DNA of 64,000 nt from an uncultured Chloroflexia bacterium (lineage in GTDB: Bacteria > Chloroflexota > Ktedonobacteria > Ktedonobacterales > JADMIN01). Position 1 is the stretch's first letter. Every line of letters starts with the position of its first letter. Where the stretch lies: the NCBI GenBank assembly GCA_963826075.1, contig CAWGVQ010000011.1, positions 54,390-118,389 on the forward strand, written 5' to 3'. The position numbers and the translations under genes are program-made. The notes beneath the pieces are model-generated. The model was not told where the DNA came from, did not search any database, and saw only the letters and a list, made by a program, of their open reading frames with translations. Shown one piece after another: positions 57,178 through 64,000 of the stretch.

Positions 57178-58560
57178 CTAGCCTAAAGGCGGCACTGACG
57201 CCGGCGGAGTAGAGGCCACCGCCGATAATTCCTGGGTTAGGGCGGCATATCCATCGTGCCGAAGCCACAGATCGTAGAGCAGTAGCGTATAAGTAAGTGC
57301 AATGAAAGGTACTACGAGCAAGTAAGCGATTGGGGTGGCGATAAAGAGTGCCACCACCGGTGGGAAGGAAGCAGCGATTTGCAACACAAACCAGGCGGCG
57401 ACGCCGGTAACCAGAATAAGGCCAAAGGCTCGCCAGAAGTGGCCACGTGTGAGCTGCCAGCTTTGGGCAATTGCTCGACGCGCGCCGGCGTTACTGGTCG
57501 CAGCAACATAGGGGGCTAATCCGAGCCTCACCGCAAACAGGATAGCCAGCACAACGCCAATTATGAGAAACACTGAACCCAGGAAACCAACCGTTAGCGC
57601 GGTGTTAGCCGCGCTCGAGCCCTGGCAGAGGTTCAATCCGCTGGCAGTCGCGTAGGCATAGCCATAACAGGCAACTGCTGGCAGCAGCGCGAGATAATAT
57701 GGAGCACCCGCAAGGAAGGAAGCGCCAAGAGTCGGCCACCAACGCTGCAGCGCAGCACGATAGCTCCGCTTCACAGAGACTGGATGGTCTAAGGCGGCCT
57801 CACGAGCGGCTATGCCCATGAGTGCGGTTTGAAATGCCGTAACCAGCAAACTCAGCACCAGTAGCCCCGCAGCACCGGCTGCATCCCGAACCAACGTGGC
57901 GCCGGTTTCAAGTTGAAGAGCAGGCAGGAAGCAGTTCGAGGTCGACAGCACCGTCTGAGTTGGGCTGGCCTGCAATATTCGGGAGAAGAGCAGATAGCTG
58001 AAGCCTGCATCCAGAATACCCGCCACCGGGGTTACGGCCAGCCCCAACAGCAGCCAGAAACGAAGTTTGCCGCCATAGAGCGCAAGAATGGCGGCGACTG
58101 CCTCGAAGAATCCACGAGGAACCGGTGTCAGGAGGCCCCGTGCCCGCCGCTCGGTCATGGCCCGCGACTCGGCGTATCCCATCGCCGGTACCGGCGAAAA
58201 GGTGAGAGGAGAGCCCGGCATGCTGCCTGCCCCAGTGTAGAGTGGAGCCCCTGGATAACTAACCAAGGGCACGGTCTCTGCCGGGCTCCCAAAACCAGCC
58301 GGGCGCAGATCGGGACGAAGCTGAAAAAGCTTCTCAAGCGCGGCGGCGCCGTCTCCTGCATGTTCAGGCTCGAATTCGAGCAAACCCATGCCGGCAACAC
58401 GCAATGCTATGGCCTCAGGGTTGGGCGATACCACACGTGCGTCCTGTATTTTCGCCAGTGGAATGACCCGGTCACCGTGGTGAACGCCATCCGCCGCAAC
58501 CTGTAACCGGCTGCCATCTCGAAGCGCTATGCTAGCTAGGGGTGCAACTCCTCCACTCAC
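57178..58560 (-). CDS. Hypothetical polytopic membrane protein with about 150-aa cytoplasmic N-terminal domain
   Basis: ORF with 6-8 hydrophobic segments. No family recognised. Confidence 0.6.
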   Translation of the reverse strand: MSGGVAPLASIALRDGSRLQVAADGVHHGDRVIPLAKIQDARVVSPNPEAIALRVAGMGLLEFEPEHAGDGAAALEKLFQLRPDLRPAGFGSPAETVPLVSYPGAPLYTGAGSMPGSPLTFSPVPAMGYAESRAMTERRARGLLTPVPRGFFEAVAAILALYGGKLRFWLLLGLAVTPVAGILDAGFSYLLFSRILQASPTQTVLSTSNCFLPALQLETGATLVRDAAGAAGLLVLSLLVTAFQTALMGIAAREAALDHPVSVKRSYRAALQRWWPTLGASFLAGAPYYLALLPAVACYGYAYATASGLNLCQGSSAANTALTVGFLGSVFLIIGVVLAILFAVRLGLAPYVAATSNAGARRAIAQSWQLTRGHFWRAFGLILVTGVAAWFVLQIAASFPPVVALFIATPIAYLLVVPFIALTYTLLLYDLWLRHDGYAALTQELSAVASTPPASVPPLG

Positions 58561-58717
58561 CTAGTATGTCTCCCTTTTTGTCATGAGCACAGCCATGTGA
58601 TTGAGCTGTCACCGCCTATCCTAGCAGGATACAATGAGTTTCGCAAGCTAAGGTGCCTGCCCGCCAGGCTTGCTGCAGTACGGCATCTTGCGAGAGATGA
58701 GAGGTTTCAACCAATAT

Positions 58718-59971
58718 ATGTTACCTGAACGCCTGGTGCGTGAACAGCCCGATGTTGTTCGAGTGGCGCTCCGTAGGCGATCAGCGGGAGTCGCCGCTGA
58801 AGATACGCTCGACCAATGGCTGGAGTTGGATGCTGCGCGTAGATCAATGCAAGCCCAGTGCGATGTGCTTTCCCAGACGCTTCATTCGCTACGAACGACG
58901 GGCACTGCTACAGATGTAGCGGCCATGCAGCGCGAGCTGCGCCGGCTCAAAGCTGAGCTGCTCACGCAGGAAGGGAATGCGCGACGTGCATTGATGCTTC
59001 TTCCCAATATTCCGGACGAGCGGGTACCGCCAGGAAGCGGGCGAAGTAACTACCTTGAAGTTCGGCGCTACGGCGAACCGGCGGCTCTGCCTTCTGCCCC
59101 ACAGAGACATGACCGGCTAGCAGCGCGCTTGGGCATCCTGGATCTGGTACGTGCCACCCGTCTCTCCGGCCCACGGTTTCCCCTTCTGGTGGGGGCAGGC
59201 GCGCGCCTGGCTCGTGGGCTGGCGGCATTCATGTTGGACATGCATACTGCAGGCGGTTATGTGGAGATCGCGCCACCCCACCTGCTCAAGAGCGCTACAC
59301 TGGAAGGGACCGGGCACTTGCCCTGGCATGAAAACGAGCTCTATAGCGTTCCGCGGGATGGGCTCTGGCTCAGCCCCACCGCGGAAGTTCAACTGGTCGC
59401 CTGGCTGGCGGGCGAAACTCTACCTGCGGCGCAATTGCCGCGGGCCTTCACCGCCTGCACTCCTGCCTTTAGACGAGAAGCCGGATCAGCCGGCAGGGCG
59501 ATGCCGGGCTTACTCCGCCAGCATCAGTTCGACAAGGTGGAGCTGGTACGGATTTCGACACCGGAGGATGCCGACCAGGCGTTTGATACGCTGGTAGCGG
59601 ATGCCGAGCGCGTATTACAGACATTGCATCTGCCCTACCGGGTTGTGGCGCTGCCAGCTGGTGACTTACCCTTTGCCAGTCGACGCACGTATGACCTGGA
59701 AGTCTGGATGCCGGGTCTGGGATCTTATCTCGAAATTTCTTCCGTAAGTGATTGTGGTCCATTTCAGGCGCGCGGCTTGAGCCTTCGCTATCGACTCCCT
59801 TCGGGAGGGCGCTTGCGCTATCCACACACGCTTAACGCCTCGGCGCTGGCCATTGGGAGAACGATGGCAGCCTTACTAGAAAATGGCCAGCGCGAGGGTG
59901 GTTCGGTGCTGTTGCCGGGCGTACTGGCTTCGTATATTCCTGATTTGCTTCTCGTCCCTAGCTCGAACTGA
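58718..59971 (+). CDS. serS: Seryl-tRNA synthetase
   Basis: MLPERLVREQPDVV N-terminal coiled-coil arm. Class II motifs (FRREAGSAGR, TLNASALAIGRTMAALLEN). ORF-track start 58670 trimmed. Confidence 0.92.
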   Translation: MLPERLVREQPDVVRVALRRRSAGVAAEDTLDQWLELDAARRSMQAQCDVLSQTLHSLRTTGTATDVAAMQRELRRLKAELLTQEGNARRALMLLPNIPDERVPPGSGRSNYLEVRRYGEPAALPSAPQRHDRLAARLGILDLVRATRLSGPRFPLLVGAGARLARGLAAFMLDMHTAGGYVEIAPPHLLKSATLEGTGHLPWHENELYSVPRDGLWLSPTAEVQLVAWLAGETLPAAQLPRAFTACTPAFRREAGSAGRAMPGLLRQHQFDKVELVRISTPEDADQAFDTLVADAERVLQTLHLPYRVVALPAGDLPFASRRTYDLEVWMPGLGSYLEISSVSDCGPFQARGLSLRYRLPSGGRLRYPHTLNASALAIGRTMAALLENGQREGGSVLLPGVLASYIPDLLLVPSSN

Positions 59972-61052
59972 AACCTGTGTTGGGGATCAGTCCACGCCTC
60001 GCCAGCGCGCGGTGCAAGACGGGCTCAATCTGTGCCTGGATACTTGAATTGGCATAGCCAACCCAGGCCATCTCACTCTCGACGTCCATTGGAGCATCAA
60101 CAGGCTGGCCACGCCCGTCGGTGAGAATGACGCCTGCCTCTTCAGCAATGAGCAGCGTCGACAGATCGTACGGATGGGCACACATTCCCAGCGCCAGGCC
60201 CCGTCGCCGCAGCAGAGGCTCGACCAGCGGGCGCAGATCCATCGTCACGCGATCGTGACCTGCAATCAACTCATAAAGCTGCCCGCCAGTGCAAATATAT
60301 TGGTCTTCAAAGCAGGCGGCACGCCCATGCGGCAGCGGGCCTAGCGCTCCTCGAATGATCTCGTCGTCGATCTCAGCGAGCTCCGGTCCCATGCCTGGAA
60401 AGAAGCGGCAAACTGTGGCGAATCCTTGCGAAATATCTGTGGCTTTGCTCGGAGACAGATGAAGGGTGGTCCGGGCACCAGTGAGACGATTATAGCGCTC
60501 AGCATGCATCCCCTGACCTCGTACCGCCCAGAGCTCATCGCTGAGATGCTGCTTGGCAAGTGGAATCTCTGTCTGCACGGCACATTCGATGTCGCGTAAC
60601 TTCGGCACAGCACCCTGGCCGGCAGAACCGGCACTGGTAGCATAACGCGCTGGACCAGCCGCTATTCCGGTTAGGATCCAGGCGCTCCGTTTCTGATACA
60701 TGTATGAACGGGTGCCGTCCAGCGGATCAATCAAAATGCACACTTCGGCAAGAGACTCGCTGCTCCCACGCGGAAGCACCAGCTTCCCCGGGCCGAAGCC
60801 AACGTCGTGAAGTCCTTCCGCCACCAATATCAGCGGACGCTCGGGCGCTACCTCCCGCTCAAAGTACGCGATCAGGTGCTCCTCACTGATCCGGTCAACG
60901 GCGAAGATCGTATCAGAAGTCTGGTCGCTCTCCTCGTCTACCCGGGCCAAAACGTCAGTCTCGACTTGCTCGGCCTGCGTCACGATCGACTGGCGAATCT
61001 GCCGATGTAACTCCTGAATTTGTGCTAGTAGCCGGTCGAGATCGCCAATCAT
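59958..61052 (-). CDS. Inositol monophosphatase / FBPase-family phosphatase (long form, 364 aa)
   Basis: Metal motif LIDPLDGTRSY and C-terminal sugar-phosphatase fold blocks. The start overlaps the upstream DUF2752 stop (ATGA). Confidence 0.82.
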   Translation of the reverse strand: MIGDLDRLLAQIQELHRQIRQSIVTQAEQVETDVLARVDEESDQTSDTIFAVDRISEEHLIAYFEREVAPERPLILVAEGLHDVGFGPGKLVLPRGSSESLAEVCILIDPLDGTRSYMYQKRSAWILTGIAAGPARYATSAGSAGQGAVPKLRDIECAVQTEIPLAKQHLSDELWAVRGQGMHAERYNRLTGARTTLHLSPSKATDISQGFATVCRFFPGMGPELAEIDDEIIRGALGPLPHGRAACFEDQYICTGGQLYELIAGHDRVTMDLRPLVEPLLRRRGLALGMCAHPYDLSTLLIAEEAGVILTDGRGQPVDAPMDVESEMAWVGYANSSIQAQIEPVLHRALARRGLIPNTGFSSS

Positions 61053-61363
61053 AGGTTTTGTGCCCGAAGCTCGTGATAGACGGAGGAAAATCCCCGTAGC
61101 CAGCCGAAGATGCCCAGCGGCAGAACGATGACTACCAACTTGTTGTAGGCAAGCGACCGCTGAAAGCGCCCGTGCGCCGCGCTGGAAAGCGCCCTGACCA
61201 TTCCGCAGCCGGGGCAGTCACCCTTGAACACCAGACGGTACAGGCAGGGTGCCGGATGTTTCTCTAGCCACTCGGTGGGGATCAAGACCAGAGCGCAGGG
61301 AATCAAAAGGTACCCCACTAGCCTACCGAGCGCCCTATGTGATTGACGTGGCACTGGCTGCAC
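61049..61363 (-). CDS. DUF2752-family small membrane protein
   Basis: Hallmark CPGCGMVRA motif after the first TM. 104 aa. Confidence 0.75.
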   Translation of the reverse strand: MQPVPRQSHRALGRLVGYLLIPCALVLIPTEWLEKHPAPCLYRLVFKGDCPGCGMVRALSSAAHGRFQRSLAYNKLVVIVLPLGIFGWLRGFSSVYHELRAQNL

Positions 61364-61387
61364 TCTCCATAACGTCGCGCTCGCCGC

Positions 61388-61618
61388 CTACATATAGCGG
61401 ACCAGAGGACGACCCTGCGCATCTCGATAGCTGCCGGTAGCGATGAGAACAATGTCGATGATGGTCCAGATGCCACAGCCGCCAAACGTCAGTAACTGAA
61501 GTACACCGAACAATATCTTACCGGTGTAGAAGCTCTGTACGCCAAAGCCTCCCAGGAAGATAGTTAGCAAAAGAGCAGTCAGCCAATCTTTGGGCGGGCT
61601 ATTTACCGGGTAGGACAC
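61388..61618 (-). CDS. TM2-domain protein
   Basis: Two-TM TM2 signature LLLTIFLGGFGVQSFYTGK...GGCGIWTIIDIVLI. Confidence 0.8.
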   Translation of the reverse strand: MSYPVNSPPKDWLTALLLTIFLGGFGVQSFYTGKILFGVLQLLTFGGCGIWTIIDIVLIATGSYRDAQGRPLVRYM

Positions 61619-61791
61619 ACCTTGGCTCCTTAACTAGAGGTCGGTAAAATGGCCGGAATACAGCGGACGTACCATACCATATAGGCGTGTCTAGTGCAAC
61701 CATGCGGCAATGCGGCGCCGCATGGAAGCTGGCTACCGCCAGAGATAAGAAGGCGAGTAGCCAGCCGGCTGGCTGTAGGTGAGGTAAGCTG

Positions 61792-62589
61792 CTAGTCCAC
61801 AGTCTTAGCGGTGTGTTGGCTGATGAAGTTCAGCATGCGCGTCCAGGCGTCGTCGCAAGCTTCCTTGTACTCGTCGAAGCGCCGGTCGAAGAAGCTATGT
61901 GGAGCTCCCGGATAGACGACGATATCGTGCTCGATTCCGGCGTCGGTGAGCGCGTTGTCGAACTTCTGTGTGTCCTCTACCGATATACTCTGGTCGGCAC
62001 CGCCAAAGAGACCAAGCACCGGGCACTCGAACTCCGTGACGCGAGTGATTGGTGCAATTCCAAAGCGCGAGTTTACCGGCGACCCGTAAAAGCCGATAAC
62101 GCCTGAGAGTCCATGATGGTTCGCAGCTTGCAAGAAGGAGTTGCCGCCGCCAAAGCAGAAGCCGACGGTAAAGATACTCTGCGGCGATGCCTCCGGTAGT
62201 TGGCGCAGGTAGGCCACGGCGGCGCCGACATCTTGGGCAACGGTCTCGGGCCGCGTCTGCATGGTATGGGCCATGAAATCGAAATCTTCATTTCGCGGTG
62301 TAAGGCCGGCGCTGCGTCCGAAATAGTCAATGGCTATTGTCTGCACTCCCACCGTTGCAAACCGGTCGGCCAGCTCTTTGTAGAAACGGTACAGCCCGCG
62401 CACGTCGGGCAGAATCACCAGGCCCGACCCGTTGGGCGAGCTGGGGTGTGAAATGTAGGCGGCGAACTGGGTCCCGTCGGCTGAGGTCAGAACCAGATCT
62501 TCGCCCTCAGCCGCGGCGGAAAAGTTCAGCGGGAGCGATTGCAGCGATGCGGGAAGTTCGGGAGGAATCGCGTCATACTCAAAACACAT
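61792..62589 (-). CDS. Dienelactone hydrolase-family alpha/beta hydrolase
   Basis: ILPDVRGL..., nucleophile elbow GFCFGG, YPGAPHSF. Confidence 0.86.
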   Translation of the reverse strand: MCFEYDAIPPELPASLQSLPLNFSAAAEGEDLVLTSADGTQFAAYISHPSSPNGSGLVILPDVRGLYRFYKELADRFATVGVQTIAIDYFGRSAGLTPRNEDFDFMAHTMQTRPETVAQDVGAAVAYLRQLPEASPQSIFTVGFCFGGGNSFLQAANHHGLSGVIGFYGSPVNSRFGIAPITRVTEFECPVLGLFGGADQSISVEDTQKFDNALTDAGIEHDIVVYPGAPHSFFDRRFDEYKEACDDAWTRMLNFISQHTAKTVD

Positions 62590-62695
62590 GAACGTTGAGC
62601 CCTTTCTGGTTTGATTTCAACTCCACCAGGAGTTATACCACCACCAACTATCTCGATACCTCCCATTTTTTGGGCCTTCTATGCGCCTTTGGTGC

Positions 62696-62724
62696 TTGTT
62701 CCATTTGCCAGTCTGGCCTATAAT
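62696..62724 (+). promoter_or_regulatory. Candidate sigma70-type promoter for dxr
   Basis: TTGTTC (62696-62701), 17-nt spacer, TATAAT (62719-62724), about 80 nt upstream of ATG 62805. Confidence 0.4.
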
Positions 62725-62804
62725 TGGGTGGTATGCGTGCGGCCACCAGTTGCCGCCAGGGGACAATGCTCGTGCCAGCTGGGATATCGCAGGATAGATT
62801 GCGC

Positions 62805-64000
62805 ATGGAAAATTCACGCCGCGGCATCGCCGTACTGGGCAGCACTGGTTCGATTGGGCGACAGACTCTGGATGTCGTACGAGCGTTTCCCCATGAATTT
62901 CGCGTAGTAGCGCTGGCGGCGCGTGGTAACGTGGCCCTGCTTGCCGACCAGGCGGCGGAGTTCGCGCCCGAAGTTACGGCGTGCACTAGTGACGACCCCG
63001 AGACGCAGCGGCAACTAGACCAGCTCTTGCCGGGGGCGCTACGGGGAGAAGAGGCGCTCACCCTGGCAGCGACCCATCCGGATGTGGAGATCGTGGTGGC
63101 TGCCACCTCCGGGCTGGTGGGAGTCATGCCTACACTGGCGGCGATTCGCTCGGGCAAAACGATCGCACTGGCCAACAAAGAGACGTTGGTTATGGCGGGA
63201 CATCTGGTGATGCCTGAGGCACGCCGCGCCGGAGTAAAGATTTTGCCGGTAGATAGCGAGCACAGTGCGCTATGGCAGTGTCTGGATGGCGAATTCGGTG
63301 GAGAAGCGGCGGTACGCCGACTTATCATTACCGCGTCGGGTGGGCCGTTGCGCCGCTTGCCGCTCGAGCAGATGGCTGAGGTAACGGTAGAGCAGGCGCT
63401 GGCTCACCCAACCTGGCGGATGGGGCCGAAAGTCACCATCGACTCGGCAACGCTCATGAACAAGGGCCTGGAAGTTATCGAGGCACACTGGCTGTTTGAC
63501 ATGCCCTACCAGAAGATCAGCGTGGTCGTGCATCCACAGAGCATCATCCATTCAATGGTGGAGTTTGTGGACGATTCGATCAAGCTGCAGGCAAGTCTTC
63601 CGAGCATGCACCTTCCCATTCAGTATGCGCTGGGCTATCCCCGGCGGCTGGACCGTGCGGGGATTGCGTTGTCGCATGAGCTGCGGTGGCCTGAGGTAGC
63701 GCGTCTTGACTTTGAGGATGTGGATCTTGACCGTTTCCCCTGTCTGGAACTGGCGATTGCAGCCGGCATGCGGGGTGGAACCGCGCCTGCGGCATTAGTG
63801 GGCGCCGACGAGACTGCTGTTGAGCTCTTTCTGAAGGGTCAAATCAAGCTTACCGAGATCCCAGAGTTGCTCTCTTCGGTGGTAGAACGCCACACCTATA
63901 AGGTGGAGCCCTCGCTGCAAGACGTGCTTGAGGTTAGTCGATGGGCGCAGGAGGAGGTCCTACGGCTACGTGGTTTGCCGGTGCCGGCGCGTAGTATAAC
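62805..64000 (+). CDS. dxr: 1-deoxy-D-xylulose 5-phosphate reductoisomerase, 3' end just outside the window
   Basis: Not in the ORF track (no stop within the window). My translation from ATG 62805: MENSRRGIAVLGSTGSIGRQTLDV..., LANKETLV, PVDSEHSALWQC, MNKGLEVIEAHWLF. The frame stays open to nt 64000. Confidence 0.92.
   Translation, partial: MENSRRGIAVLGSTGSIGRQTLDVVRAFPHEFRVVALAARGNVALLADQAAEFAPEVTACTSDDPETQRQLDQLLPGALRGEEALTLAATHPDVEIVVAATSGLVGVMPTLAAIRSGKTIALANKETLVMAGHLVMPEARRAGVKILPVDSEHSALWQCLDGEFGGEAAVRRLIITASGGPLRRLPLEQMAEVTVEQALAHPTWRMGPKVTIDSATLMNKGLEVIEAHWLFDMPYQKISVVVHPQSIIHSMVEFVDDSIKLQASLPSMHLPIQYALGYPRRLDRAGIALSHELRWPEVARLDFEDVDLDRFPCLELAIAAGMRGGTAPAALVGADETAVELFLKGQIKLTEIPELLSSVVERHTYKVEPSLQDVLEVSRWAQEEVLRLRGLPVPARSI

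Noticed and set aside
58561-58717. T-box leader upstream of serS.
   Set aside because: The spacer is only about 155 nt, with at most about 80 nt after the likely -10 (TACAAT 58630-58635). No T-box consensus or specifier/terminator architecture is visible.

Overview
GC-rich, gene-dense bacterial chromosomal segment with about 60 protein genes on both strands. Many genes show 4-nt ATGA start/stop overlaps, and several convergent pairs have almost no spacer. Most of the content is housekeeping: leuB, selD, rnc, purQ, moaC/moaD/moaE, pepA, folP-folC, murT-gatD, prfA, serS and dxr. dxr is 3'-partial and missing from the ORF track because it runs off the window. A CheA-CheW-receiver hybrid kinase is 5'-partial at the left edge. 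Accessory-looking content: (1) an IclR regulator + Liv-type ABC importer + acyl-CoA ligase + two acyl-CoA dehydrogenases; (2) a PadR / ABC-exporter / S9-peptidase block; (3) an HDAC-family deacetylase followed by an orphan 1002-aa double-FtsX permease; (4) about a dozen hypothetical, mostly membrane-anchored proteins. I found no rRNA, tRNA, CRISPR array, transposase, integrase or phage genes. A lipobox-anchored solute-binding protein, MurT/GatD, a LysM-M23 peptidase and a caa3-type CtaG suggest a monoderm-type envelope (Chloroflexota- or Actinomycetota-like), but taxonomy cannot be fixed from this window. I do not see a complete, clearly novel multi-gene system. The best leads are: (a) selD is a selenoprotein gene with an in-frame UGA that the ORF track truncates; (b) a degenerate + canonical acyl-CoA dehydrogenase pair coupled to a ligase and a Liv-type importer; (c) a 540-bp non-coding island at 29240-29776 with mirror-image extended -10 promoters, palindromes and a 24-codon Cys-rich micro-ORF with its own terminator; (d) a PadR regulatory region whose two inverted repeats share an 8-mer; (e) a TM2 / DUF2752 / IMPase-family mini-operon. 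Several ORF-track starts were trimmed to starts supported by Shine-Dalgarno sequences and N-terminal homology.
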